NCBI GenBank assembly: GCA_037146775.1
Contig: JBAWWL010000005.1
Location: forward strand, 33,848-97,847
DNA: 64,000 nucleotides
DNA from: Candidatus Omnitrophota bacterium
GTDB taxonomy: Bacteria; Omnitrophota; Gorgyraeia; Duberdicusellales; 4484-171
Reading direction: 5' to 3'
Below are positions 35,794-45,607 of this stretch, piece by piece. The position numbers and the translations under genes were made by a program. How positions within the stretch are numbered: position 1 is the first letter of the stretch; each line of letters begins with the position of its first letter. The notes under the pieces were generated by a model that was not told where the DNA came from, did no database searches, and saw only the letters and a list, made by a program, of their open reading frames with translations.

Positions 35794-38085
35794 ATGAAAA
35801 AAATAACATCATTTTCTTTTTTCCTTATAGGTTTTACTGCTATGAGCGCGCAAATCATCTTTGCGCGGGAACTATTGATTACCTTTTACGGTAACGAATT
35901 GTCTCTCGGCTTAATTTTATCATGTTGGCTCTTTTTTACGGCCACAGGCAGTATTGTTTTAGGTTTCTTCAGCGGCAGGATTAAAAACAAGTTGAATTTC
36001 TTTGCCTCTTGCCAGATTGTTGTTGGTATTTTTCTTGTTTCCATTCCTTTAGAAATTCGTGCGATCAAAAGTATCTTTCAGGTAGCTACCGGTGAAGTTA
36101 TGCCTTTAGGGATTATTTCTGTATCCAGCATTATTGTTACTGCACCATTCTGTGCATTGCTTGGTTTCATGTTTGCGCTCGCCTGCCGCATCAATGAGCG
36201 TAAGCCAACCTTAGAGGCTGTCGTAATTAACAGTGTGTATGTATTAGAAACGACAGGCGCAATATTCGGTGGCATAATTGCCAGCGTCATATTGATAAAT
36301 TTCTTAAATACCTTCTACGCCGTTAGTGTGCTGGCTTTAGTAAATTTTTTTGCCGCGCTGTTGTTGATATATTTTTCTCAAGAGAGATATATTAAGAAGT
36401 TTTTGACTACTTTAGTTTTATTATTAATAGTAGTTTTCGTTTCGGCTTATTTTTTAAAAGGCTGGACCAAGATTGATAACTACTCGCAGAGATTACAATG
36501 GAGGGGTTTTCATATCATTGCTTCAGAAAATTCTATTTACGGAAACATTACTTTAGCCAGCAAAAATGAAGAGATCAGCTTTTTTAATAATGGGCTATTG
36601 CTTTATACTATTCCCGATACGCAAACAGCCGAAGAGGCCGTACACTTTGCTTTACTCCAGCATAAGAACCCTAAAGATATACTTTTGGTCGGCGCGGGCA
36701 TAGCCGGATTAACCCAAGAAATTTTAAAATATCCTTCGACAAAGATAGACTACATAGAGCTTGACCCTTTGATCATTAAAATGGCCGACACATATGTCTT
36801 GAGAGAAACACAAATATATCGCGATAATGCAAGATTAACAATAAAGAATATCGATGGCAGGTTGTTTGTTAAAAGTAGTCAGAAAAAATACGACTGCATC
36901 ATTATACATTTAGGCGACCCTTTACTGGCACAACTAAATAGATATTATACTTTTGAATTCTTTAAGGAAGTAAAAAACATTTTGAAAAAAGACGGAGTTT
37001 TTTCTTTTACTGTCAGTTCTTCGGAAAATTATATCAATGCCGACCTAAAAAAAGTTTTGCAATCGTTTTATATAACGCTACAAAAAGTTTTTCCTGACGT
37101 AAAAGTCATACCCGGCGATACTGCTTGTTTTTTGGCTTCAACCAGCAAGAATGCGCTTACGTATGATTACGATATTCTCACTAAAAGGGCACATCAAAGA
37201 ATGGTCGATCTAAAATATATACGTGAATACTATCTTGCCTCAAAAATGTCCGCCCAAAGAGTGCATTATTTTGAAACAATACTCTCGAAAAAAAATCAAG
37301 CAGCGATTAATTATGACTTTTACCCGACAAGCTATTTTTATGAAACGATTTTTCATTTAAGCCTTTTTAGGGATTCACAATTTGCCAAGATACTTAGGTC
37401 CACAACTGCTGATAAGATTTGGGTTATTTTTAATATTCTTGTCGTCGCCATTTTAATTTGGTTTATTTCATTCAAAAATAAAGCAAACTACTCACACATC
37501 TTTATATTCGCAATAGGAGTGACTGGTTTCGGTCAGATGGCATTTCAGATGCTCATTTTACTCTCATTTCAGATAATATACGGCTACATGTTTTATAAAC
37601 TAGGGTTTATTTTAACTTCTTTTATGCTCGGGCTGGCATTAGGAGCATTATGGATCAATACGCATGCTTCCAAGCTAAAAAAAACAGTTAACAGCTTTCT
37701 TTATGCTCAATTAGCACTTACTGCGTATTCGGTTGTTTTACCCCTATTTTTTTGGTGGCAGAAAAGTCAGACAATTGATATGATGTATAAATTAGGAGCA
37801 GGAGTATTTTTCCCTTTATTATCCGGGATAGGCGGTTTTATCGGTGGTTGGCAATTTTCTTTGGCAAATATAATATGTCTAAAACATTATCGCAAACCTG
37901 CTATAATAGGGAACTTTATCTATGCCGCAGATTTATTCGGCGCATGTTTAGGAGCATTTTTAGTGAGTACTTTTCTTATCCCAGTTATCGGCATACCTAA
38001 TAGCTGTGCGATGCTGACAATGATAAATCTGATAGTGTGCGGCCTGCTTTTGGCCTCGGCTAAATCTAATAATATTGGCAATTAA
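35794..38085 (+). CDS. Membrane protein with embedded spermidine-synthase-like SAM-binding domain
   Basis: TM blocks on both sides of LLVGAGIAG, YIELDP, IDGRLFV, NRYYTFEFF; C-terminal YAADLFGACLG. Confidence 0.85.
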   Translation: MKKITSFSFFLIGFTAMSAQIIFARELLITFYGNELSLGLILSCWLFFTATGSIVLGFFSGRIKNKLNFFASCQIVVGIFLVSIPLEIRAIKSIFQVATGEVMPLGIISVSSIIVTAPFCALLGFMFALACRINERKPTLEAVVINSVYVLETTGAIFGGIIASVILINFLNTFYAVSVLALVNFFAALLLIYFSQERYIKKFLTTLVLLLIVVFVSAYFLKGWTKIDNYSQRLQWRGFHIIASENSIYGNITLASKNEEISFFNNGLLLYTIPDTQTAEEAVHFALLQHKNPKDILLVGAGIAGLTQEILKYPSTKIDYIELDPLIIKMADTYVLRETQIYRDNARLTIKNIDGRLFVKSSQKKYDCIIIHLGDPLLAQLNRYYTFEFFKEVKNILKKDGVFSFTVSSSENYINADLKKVLQSFYITLQKVFPDVKVIPGDTACFLASTSKNALTYDYDILTKRAHQRMVDLKYIREYYLASKMSAQRVHYFETILSKKNQAAINYDFYPTSYFYETIFHLSLFRDSQFAKILRSTTADKIWVIFNILVVAILIWFISFKNKANYSHIFIFAIGVTGFGQMAFQMLILLSFQIIYGYMFYKLGFILTSFMLGLALGALWINTHASKLKKTVNSFLYAQLALTAYSVVLPLFFWWQKSQTIDMMYKLGAGVFFPLLSGIGGFIGGWQFSLANIICLKHYRKPAIIGNFIYAADLFGACLGAFLVSTFLIPVIGIPNSCAMLTMINLIVCGLLLASAKSNNIGN

Positions 38086-38105
38086 TAAATTTGAGGAGGG
38101 AGTCT

Positions 38106-38267
38106 ATGTTCGATCTTAGTAAACTAGGCGATATGGCTAAAATTGCCCAGGAAGCAAAGCAAATTCAGGAAAAACAGGAACGTTTTCAGAAAGAGCAGAT
38201 TGACCTGCTGAAAAAAATATCCCAGCAGTTAGAGGAGCTAATACGGCTGGCAAAGGAAACGAAATAA
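38106..38267 (+). CDS. 53-aa coiled-coil protein missing from the ORF track
   Basis: SD gaggaggg; MFDLSKLGDMAKIAQEAKQIQEKQERFQKEQIDLLKKISQQLEELIRLAKETK. Confidence 0.72.
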   Translation: MFDLSKLGDMAKIAQEAKQIQEKQERFQKEQIDLLKKISQQLEELIRLAKETK

Positions 38268-38320
38268 TCTAAGCTATTGCGGTCATTTTCCTTCCGTTAT
38301 TATTCTTAACCTATATAAAG

Positions 38321-39331
38321 ATGAAAGCGTTAGCATTATTTTCCGGCGGATTGGACAGCACTCTCGCCGTAAAAGTAATTTTAAACCAAGGGGTGGAGGT
38401 GATCGCCTTACATTTTTTAACGCCCCTTTCCTGTACAGACGCAGTCCATCAAGAAGCTCTCAGGAAAAAAGTTCAGGAACAATTAGAGGTCGAGCTTAAA
38501 ATAATTAAACTTGCCGATGATTATCTGGAAATCCTCAAACATCCCGTGTTTGGTTACGGCAGAAATCTAAATCCCTGCATAGACTGTAAAATTTTAATGC
38601 TCAAACACGCAAAAGCGTTGTTGTCTGAAACAGGCGCTTCTTTTGTTGTTACCGGAGAAGTGCTTGGCCAGCGGCCAAAATCTCAACATAAAGATGCTCT
38701 TGGCTCGATAGAAAAGTGCTCGGGGCTGGAAGGGCTTCTGCTCAGGCCTTTGTCGGCAAAACTTCTGCCTCTTACTGTTGTGGAGGAGAAAGGTTGGATA
38801 AAAAGAGAGGATCTTTATGGTTTTCAAGGACGCAACCGTACCCCCCAGATTAACTTAGCGAAGCAGTTGGGGATTCAAGATTATGCTCAGCCGGCGGGAG
38901 GGTGTCTTTTGACCAACCCTTCATTTTGTCCCCGGGTAAAAGACTTTCTGGAAAAAGACGGAATAGATTTACATAGCTTGGAGCTCTTGAAATGGGGTAA
39001 GCATTTTCGTATAACTCCAACTTTTAAACTGGTGGTGGGCAGGGATGAAGCAGAGAACAAGCTGCTTATGGAACACATACAGAAAGGCGATATCATTTTT
39101 GAGCCGCAAGAATTACCCGGCCCCACCGCTATCGGCAGGGGAATCATCAACGACGAGATAAAAACTCTATGTAGCTGTATTGTCGCGCGTCACACTGTTT
39201 CCGATGGCCGGCAGGTAAAGATAACAATTACGGCGGATGATGGTGTGCGGCAGGTTGTCTTGGCGTCGGGCATTGACGAGATAAGACTAAAAGAGTTACT
39301 CATACAGCAAGAAGGGTATAATAGCCGATGA
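38321..39331 (+). CDS. ThiI/MnmA-like PP-loop tRNA sulfurtransferase family protein
   Basis: SGGLDS, NPCIDCK, TGEVLGQRP, LLRPLSAKLL, PAGGCLLT, VVGRDEAEN. Confidence 0.82.
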   Translation: MKALALFSGGLDSTLAVKVILNQGVEVIALHFLTPLSCTDAVHQEALRKKVQEQLEVELKIIKLADDYLEILKHPVFGYGRNLNPCIDCKILMLKHAKALLSETGASFVVTGEVLGQRPKSQHKDALGSIEKCSGLEGLLLRPLSAKLLPLTVVEEKGWIKREDLYGFQGRNRTPQINLAKQLGIQDYAQPAGGCLLTNPSFCPRVKDFLEKDGIDLHSLELLKWGKHFRITPTFKLVVGRDEAENKLLMEHIQKGDIIFEPQELPGPTAIGRGIINDEIKTLCSCIVARHTVSDGRQVKITITADDGVRQVVLASGIDEIRLKELLIQQEGYNSR

Positions 39332-41061
39332 AATTATTCTTTTTTGTAGTCTTCTTGCTTTTCCCGCTGCTCTGTGTGGCGCAAAGTATAACCTTAGAAC
39401 CAATTACTATAACCACGCAAAATTACGAAGATTCCACGCAAAGCGTAGATGAATTTTCACTTCCGGACATAGAAAACCTTCCCGCATCGTCACCGGAAGA
39501 GCTTCTGGATTATTCTTCCGATGTTAACTTAATAAAACGTGCGCCTTTTGGGCTACAACAGGATGTTTCGATTCGCGGTTCTATCTTTGAGGATGCTTCC
39601 GTGAGCTTGGCCGGCGTTAAGATCAATGATCCGCAGACCGGACATTTTAGCTTAGAAATACCTTTAACCAGCGCGGACTTGAATAAGGTGGCGATCTATA
39701 AGAATTCACAAAAGATAGAATTCACGCCTAAAAAACCAACAGATAAAGGTTTTCTTCTTAAAACTTCTTTTGGCCAGCACGCGCTTTGGGAGAATCTCGC
39801 CTCTGTAAATTTTCCTCTGGCAGGGACAAAAAACAGATTGTCCATAGAACATAAGGTTGCCAAGGGCGGCCGCCGTGACACCGACTTTGATATATATAAT
39901 TTTTCCTATCATTCTTTTTGGCAAGGAGAAGGAAGTGACGCGGAGTTTTTGTTTGGTTTAACCAAAAAGGATTTTGGCGCGGACAGTTTTTATTCTTCGA
40001 GTTTCACTCAAGAAGAGGAACATACCAACCAGAGGTTTTTATTGGCGCGCTTAGGGATAGAGGCAAATTCTTTTAAGCTCAATAACACGGTATATTGGCG
40101 CAGGCACCGCGATAAATTTATTTTAAACCGCGCCAACCCTTCTTTCTATACCAATTTTCACACTACTAACGTATATGGTTTAAAGCAGGAATTTAATTTT
40201 TATAATGATTTATTCGCCGCCTTGAATGTAGAGCAGGAAAAAATAGACAGCACTAATTTGAGCAAACATTATCGCCTGCGAAAGGGCTTAGGTTTGGGTT
40301 TAAAGGACAAACAGTTTGGTAAGTTCCTGCTGGGATTTTCCGGCGGCACCGATTATTACGATAAATGGCGTTACTTAGAGAACGCGCATCTGGGATTAGG
40401 ATATTTACTTAAAGATGAGCTAAAGTTACGTTTTTCTTTTGACCGTATCTGGCGCGTGCCGTCTTTTACGGAATTGTATTATTCTGATCCGGCAAATATA
40501 GGCAATGCCAATCTGGGTGTGCAAAAATCAAACAATTTTGAGGCTGGTTTTGACTATGCGCCTTTTGACTTTTTAAGTACCGCTTACGGATTTTTTTTTC
40601 GAGACCAATCCCACACTATCGATTGGGTAAAGAATAATTCCGCCGATGCCTGGCAGGCGCAGAATGTAGGCAATGTCGGCGCATATGGTTTTGACTTTAG
40701 CTCAAAAGTTAAATTTAAAAATCTTGTTTTAGAGGACGTCTCTTTTAATTATACCTATCTCAATCTCAATAAGAGCAGTCCATATAGTTATTCCAAATAT
40801 GTTTTTGATTATGATAAGCATAAGGTAGTTACCAACCTCGGTTTTAATTACAAAGGGGTCAAAGCCAACGTAATCAGCAATTTTTCAAAACCGGTAGACA
40901 GGGAAAAATACGTTACCTTTGATTTAAGGATAGAAAAACAAATCCGCAACCTTACCCTTGCCTTAGAAGGCACTAATATTTTTAACGCAAATTACGAAGA
41001 AATGAAAGATATTGACGCTACCGGCAGATGGTATAAGCTAAGTTTAGCCTACGCTTTCTAA
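39328..41061 (+). CDS. TonB-dependent outer membrane receptor
   Basis: Signal peptide, LEPITIT TonB box-like, QQDVSIRGS, NDPQTGHF, RVPSFTELYY, terminal Phe. Confidence 0.88.
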   Translation: MKLFFFVVFLLFPLLCVAQSITLEPITITTQNYEDSTQSVDEFSLPDIENLPASSPEELLDYSSDVNLIKRAPFGLQQDVSIRGSIFEDASVSLAGVKINDPQTGHFSLEIPLTSADLNKVAIYKNSQKIEFTPKKPTDKGFLLKTSFGQHALWENLASVNFPLAGTKNRLSIEHKVAKGGRRDTDFDIYNFSYHSFWQGEGSDAEFLFGLTKKDFGADSFYSSSFTQEEEHTNQRFLLARLGIEANSFKLNNTVYWRRHRDKFILNRANPSFYTNFHTTNVYGLKQEFNFYNDLFAALNVEQEKIDSTNLSKHYRLRKGLGLGLKDKQFGKFLLGFSGGTDYYDKWRYLENAHLGLGYLLKDELKLRFSFDRIWRVPSFTELYYSDPANIGNANLGVQKSNNFEAGFDYAPFDFLSTAYGFFFRDQSHTIDWVKNNSADAWQAQNVGNVGAYGFDFSSKVKFKNLVLEDVSFNYTYLNLNKSSPYSYSKYVFDYDKHKVVTNLGFNYKGVKANVISNFSKPVDREKYVTFDLRIEKQIRNLTLALEGTNIFNANYEEMKDIDATGRWYKLSLAYAF

Positions 41062-41085
41062 CAAAAATTACAAAGGTTTATTGCT

Positions 41086-41607
41086 TTGAGTGATATTGTA
41101 TATTCACAGATTCCTACCGACAACTTTTCTACCGTTAAACTGCCCGATGATTTTTATTTTTGGCTGTGGCGTCCGGCGCTTCTTAAAATAATCCCGCCAG
41201 GATTAAGTTCTAGAAGAATACTCCATTGGTTATGCCATTGGCTACATTTATTTTATAATAAAGATTATGCGGTGTTATATATCGTAAAAAATAATAAAAT
41301 TTTACATCGCTCATGCATAATTCCTTCTTCGATACGCTGCCTGTTTATGGATAAAAAAGACATTTGTGTTTCTATGGTCTGGACAGATCCGAAATACCGC
41401 CGGCAGGGTTTAGCAACATCAGCATTAAGGCAGGTAATGTTTTTGATGAAAAAGCCGGGAAGAGTGTTTTGGTACATTACTCAAGACAGTAACCATGCTT
41501 CTAGTTGGGCCTGCCTAAAAGCTGGATTTAAGCCTGTAGGCAAAGCAAAACGGGTGCGCATTAAGGGTTATTTCTTTGAGCAGTTAACCTTAGAGATATT
41601 TAAGTAA
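41086..41607 (+). CDS. GNAT-family acetyltransferase
   Basis: WTDPKYRRQGLAT, NHAS...KAGF. Confidence 0.78.
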   Translation: MSDIVYSQIPTDNFSTVKLPDDFYFWLWRPALLKIIPPGLSSRRILHWLCHWLHLFYNKDYAVLYIVKNNKILHRSCIIPSSIRCLFMDKKDICVSMVWTDPKYRRQGLATSALRQVMFLMKKPGRVFWYITQDSNHASSWACLKAGFKPVGKAKRVRIKGYFFEQLTLEIFK

Positions 41608-41644
41608 TATGCAGCTTACTTAAGGAATGTAATATTAATTTGAT

Positions 41645-41930
41645 TTATGCATTCACGGCGCTTCCCGATGATGTCGGGATTTCGCTTATTAGCGTATTAA
41701 GGTGCTCAAAAAACCGTGGTATTCACCCCGAGAAATTCCAAAGGAATTTCCGGGACTAAAGTCCTCGTAATCCTTCGGATTGCAGAGGGTACCGCGTGCG
41801 TCTGCCGGCAAGGCAGGGATTATGTGATGCGCCGTTCAGTATTAGCCCAGCAGGCGCCCGTAGGGCAGCCTGCTGGGTAGCCATACTGAAACCTTGGGCT
41901 TTCGCCCGAGGAGCTATGGAAGGCTTCATT
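41645..41930. repeat. GC-rich cluster of nested palindromes (REP/MITE-like or structured RNA)
   Basis: At least six hairpins, e.g. gaaattcc-aaa-ggaatttc, ttcagtat..cccagcagg..cctgctggg..atactgaa, ccttgggc-tttc-gcccgagg. Confidence 0.7.
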
Positions 41931-42011
41931 TACCACTATTTTATAACAACTACAGATATTTTTAGTTTTTATACCGGTATTATCCATGCTCCCTACGTTT
42001 TTATTTTTTCA

Positions 42012-42039
42012 TTGACATCTTTGGCTTAAGGTATACAAT
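42012..42039 (+). promoter_or_regulatory. Sigma70-type promoter for the Ehr operon
   Basis: TTGACA-16 bp-TACAAT. Confidence 0.55.
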
Positions 42040-42107
42040 ATTCCAATTTTTTCATTACACCGCGAAAAGTCTTGTTGTAGAGATTTTTTCATATATACCG
42101 TAATAAA

Positions 42108-43949
42108 ATGTTAAATTTATTCAATATCAGTATATCTTTTTTGCATGACCCACTTTCCTTATTTTTCGTATTTACTATCCTGCTCATCTCTCTGCCTTCG
42201 GTAATTTATTCCCTTGGGTATCTCAAGGGTGAATACTCTTTGAAGAAAAGGTTCTACGGCTTGACGCTTTTTACCATTTTTGTCATTTCGATGTGTTTAG
42301 TGGTAACCGTAGATAACGCGCTTATGTTCCTTATTTGCTGGGAGCTGATGTCGTTGGTTTCTTATTTCCTGGTTATCTTCGACCATGAGAACGAAAAATC
42401 TATACGTGCCGGAACGATTTATGTGGTGATGATGCATATCGGAACCGCCTTTATTGCCGCCGCTTTCCTTATTATGTATAAACATGCCGGCTCTTTTGAT
42501 TTCGCGGCCCTTAAGGCGGCTTGTCAAAGTATGCCTATTGCTACCAAAAACTTACTTTTTGTATTTTTCCTTCTTGGTTTCGGCACTAAAGCCGGGATTG
42601 TGCCTTTGCATATATGGCTTCCTTTGGCACATCCTCAGGCACCCAGTCATATTTCAAGTCTGATGTCGGGAGTGATGATTAAAACCGCTATTTACGGAAT
42701 AATCAGGTTTATTATTTTTGTTCTCGGGGTTAGCTCTTTGTGGTGGGGGAATTTAGTTTTAATCCTGGCCGCGTTTTCCTGCCTTATCGGAGTTATCTAC
42801 GCGCTGATGGAGCACGACATAAAAAAGCTTCTGGCTTATCATAGCGTAGAAAATATCGGAATAATTCTTTTAGGCGTGGGCGCTTGTATGGTATTTTTAC
42901 AATGCAATCTGCCCTATATGGCGGTGTTTTCTCTGGCCGCCGGCTTGTATCATTTGATTAATCACGCTATCTTTAAGAGCCTTCTGTTTCTCTGTGCAGG
43001 AAGCGTATATAAAGTAACCGGAACGCGTGACATGGAAAAGCTCGGAGGCCTCATTAAAAAAATGCCTTGGACTGCCGCCGCCTTTCTTATGGGAGCAATG
43101 GCAATCTCGGCATTACCTCCTCTAAACGGTTTTGTGAGCGAGTGGTTGATCCTGCAGACGTTTTTTTTAGGTATGTTAAAGGTCTCGGGCGGCCTTAAAG
43201 TCTTTTTCGCACTTTGTGCTGCCGCTTTAGCTTTGACCGGAGGCCTGGCGGCTGCCTGCTTCGTAAAAGCTTTCGGTATTACTTTCCTGGCGATGCCAAG
43301 AAGCAGTAAAGCGAAAGAGGCGAAAGAGGTGGTTTTTTCCATGAAGGCGGGTATGGTTTTTTTAAGCGCACTGACGCTTATTTTTGGCCTAGCTGCAGGG
43401 GTAATATTCAAGGTATTGGCGGCAATCGCTCAGAGTATAGTAGCTGCGGACGCTCCTGCGATGAATTTTAGTTTGAACAATTTTACGCTCGCAACCGTCT
43501 CGGACAACCCAACCTATCTTTCTCCTCTGGCGGTTGCTTTGGTGCTTGTCGCGGTGATGGCGGTAACGGCAATTCTGGTTTTTGTAGTGGCAGGCAAGGC
43601 GAGAGTGAAGAAATACGGCACCTGGGATTGCGGGTATTATAAGTTGACCGGCCGCAATGAATATACCTCAACGGCATTTTCCAAGCCTTTCAGGATAGCG
43701 TTTAGTTTCTTTCTGCGGCCTTACAGAAAAACAGAAAAAATTAGAGAATCTTTTTACCACGTCAAAGCTTTCAAGTACGAAACATTTACTACGCCGGTTT
43801 TTAAAAAGTATATATACGCGCCGATTTTGGCTATCACGTTCGGTTCAGCCCGCCTTATGCGCCGGATTCAGCCCGGAAGCATACACTTATATATTGCGTA
43901 TATTTTTGTAACCATAGTCACTTTAATTATTTTTATGAAGATATTTTAA
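42108..43949 (+). CDS. hyfB: HyfB/NuoL-like proton-translocating subunit of an Ehr complex
   Basis: WELMSLVSYFLV, KAGIVPLHIWLPLAHPQAPS, KKLLAYHSVENIG, LPPLNGFVSEW, TWDCG. Confidence 0.9.
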   Translation: MLNLFNISISFLHDPLSLFFVFTILLISLPSVIYSLGYLKGEYSLKKRFYGLTLFTIFVISMCLVVTVDNALMFLICWELMSLVSYFLVIFDHENEKSIRAGTIYVVMMHIGTAFIAAAFLIMYKHAGSFDFAALKAACQSMPIATKNLLFVFFLLGFGTKAGIVPLHIWLPLAHPQAPSHISSLMSGVMIKTAIYGIIRFIIFVLGVSSLWWGNLVLILAAFSCLIGVIYALMEHDIKKLLAYHSVENIGIILLGVGACMVFLQCNLPYMAVFSLAAGLYHLINHAIFKSLLFLCAGSVYKVTGTRDMEKLGGLIKKMPWTAAAFLMGAMAISALPPLNGFVSEWLILQTFFLGMLKVSGGLKVFFALCAAALALTGGLAAACFVKAFGITFLAMPRSSKAKEAKEVVFSMKAGMVFLSALTLIFGLAAGVIFKVLAAIAQSIVAADAPAMNFSLNNFTLATVSDNPTYLSPLAVALVLVAVMAVTAILVFVVAGKARVKKYGTWDCGYYKLTGRNEYTSTAFSKPFRIAFSFFLRPYRKTEKIRESFYHVKAFKYETFTTPVFKKYIYAPILAITFGSARLMRRIQPGSIHLYIAYIFVTIVTLIIFMKIF

Positions 43950-44017
43950 AAAAGGTAGTTTATTCAAAAAAACGCAAAAACAGTTTCTTTAAAAACAGAT
44001 TGTTAACCATATAACAC

Positions 44018-44935
44018 ATGAGAACAGTATTTAGTATTTTGCAAATCATTATGTTGATAGTCATTGCTCCTTTGGTGAGCGGATTGATTACTAAGATAAA
44101 GAACAATGTGCGTCTGCGCCGCGGGCAAAGTGTATTCCAACCCTACTATAATTTAGCTAAGTTATTTTCTAAAGAAGAGGTGATCTCCGAGCATACTTCT
44201 TGGATATTCAGCGTTACGCCTTACGTGGTGTTTGCTTCGACGGTTACCGCTTTATTCTTGGTGCCGACATTTATAGCGAAGAATCCGCAGGGGTGTATGG
44301 GTGATTTATTTTTATTAGTATTTATTTTATCTTTGGGCCGCTTTTTTCTGGCTTTGGCCGGCTTAGACAGCGGAAGCGCTTTTGGCGGTATGGGTTCTTC
44401 TCGAGAAATGTTTATTTCAAGCTTTGCCGAGCCGGCGGCTATATTGGTATTTTTTGCGGTTTCTTTAAGTGCGGGCAGCACAAATTTAGGTGCGGTAACC
44501 ACAGGTGGATTCAGGCTTTCTTGGTTGGTCGCGGCGGTTTCTCTTTTGCTGGTAGTTTTGGCGGAGACCTCGCGTATACCGGTGGACAATCAGGAAACGC
44601 ACTTAGAACTTACCATGGTCCACGAGGCGATGATTTTAGAATATTCCGGCCGTTCGCTCGCTTTAATCGAGCTTGCGTCTTACGTGAAACAAATTGTCTT
44701 TTTTTCTCTGCTTGGCGCGATTGTCTGGCCTTGTATGGCGGCCGCTTCGGCAGGTTATGCAGAAATCATCGCGGCGCTGGCCGCTTACCTTTTAAAGATA
44801 GCTGGCCTTGTGCTGGTAGTGGCGTTAGTCGAGGTGTCATTGGCGAAGATGCGGCTGTTTAGGGTAGTTGATTTTCTCTATTTCTCTTTTGTTATCGCAT
44901 TGGTAGCCGTAATCGCGGCGGTATTTGGAGTATAA
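44018..44935 (+). CDS. hyfC: HyfC/NuoH-like membrane subunit
   Basis: QPYYNLAKL, AFGGMGSSRE, AETSRIPVDN, ELTMVHEAMILEYSG. Confidence 0.9.
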   Translation: MRTVFSILQIIMLIVIAPLVSGLITKIKNNVRLRRGQSVFQPYYNLAKLFSKEEVISEHTSWIFSVTPYVVFASTVTALFLVPTFIAKNPQGCMGDLFLLVFILSLGRFFLALAGLDSGSAFGGMGSSREMFISSFAEPAAILVFFAVSLSAGSTNLGAVTTGGFRLSWLVAAVSLLLVVLAETSRIPVDNQETHLELTMVHEAMILEYSGRSLALIELASYVKQIVFFSLLGAIVWPCMAAASAGYAEIIAALAAYLLKIAGLVLVVALVEVSLAKMRLFRVVDFLYFSFVIALVAVIAAVFGV

Positions 44936-44936
44936 C

Positions 44937-45575
44937 ATGCATACATATATTTTTCTTTTAGGGATATTGGTGATGACTTATTTTATGATGATGGTAAAGC
45001 GGTTGCCGGCTCTCATCAACGGTTTTCGCTGGCAGTCGTTATTTTTATTTTTGTTAACCCTTTTGCTGGCCAAGAGAGAAGCCGATGGTGCTCTTTATGT
45101 TGTCGCGGGCTTAATTTTTCTTCTAAAGGTTGTGTTGGTCCCGTATTTTTTGTTGCGTATCGTAAAGAGGATAAAAGTAAACGAGAATCTCGGCTTTTTT
45201 ATGAACCCGCAGCTTTCGCTTTTAAGTGGTTTGCTTTTGACATATCTTTCTTATTTGTTTACGTTCAAGGTGATGCTCCTGGCTGATAGGATGCAGAGCG
45301 TTTCTTTTGCGCTTTCTCTGTGCGTGACTTTGATGGGCCTTTTTATAATGATTTTCCGGATGAAGGCGGTAGTACAGATTGTAGGGCTTTTGGTGATGGA
45401 GAACGGCTTATTTCTTACCGCAGTGACTATGTGCGGCGGCATGCCTTTTATTGTTGAACTTTCTACTTTTTTAGATATCTTTATCAGCGTTATCATTTTA
45501 GGAGTTTTTGTTTACCGGATAAATACTCTCTTTACGCACATTGATGTGAATAAACTGGATAGTTTGAGGGGATAA
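44937..45575 (+). CDS. hyfE: HyfE-like membrane subunit
   Basis: QIVGLLVMENG, MPFIVEL, LDSLRG C-terminus. Confidence 0.87.
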   Translation: MHTYIFLLGILVMTYFMMMVKRLPALINGFRWQSLFLFLLTLLLAKREADGALYVVAGLIFLLKVVLVPYFLLRIVKRIKVNENLGFFMNPQLSLLSGLLLTYLSYLFTFKVMLLADRMQSVSFALSLCVTLMGLFIMIFRMKAVVQIVGLLVMENGLFLTAVTMCGGMPFIVELSTFLDIFISVIILGVFVYRINTLFTHIDVNKLDSLRG

Positions 45576-45607
45576 GTAAATTATGGGCTGTATACGTTCG
45601 AGGTAAG

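Noticed and set aside
41796-42029. 77-aa ORF
   Set aside because: Runs through palindromic DNA, has no SD and no protein-like features.
41930-42107. Fluoride riboswitch upstream of the hyf-like operon
   Set aside because: No GGCGATGGNGTTCGCC-type core visible.
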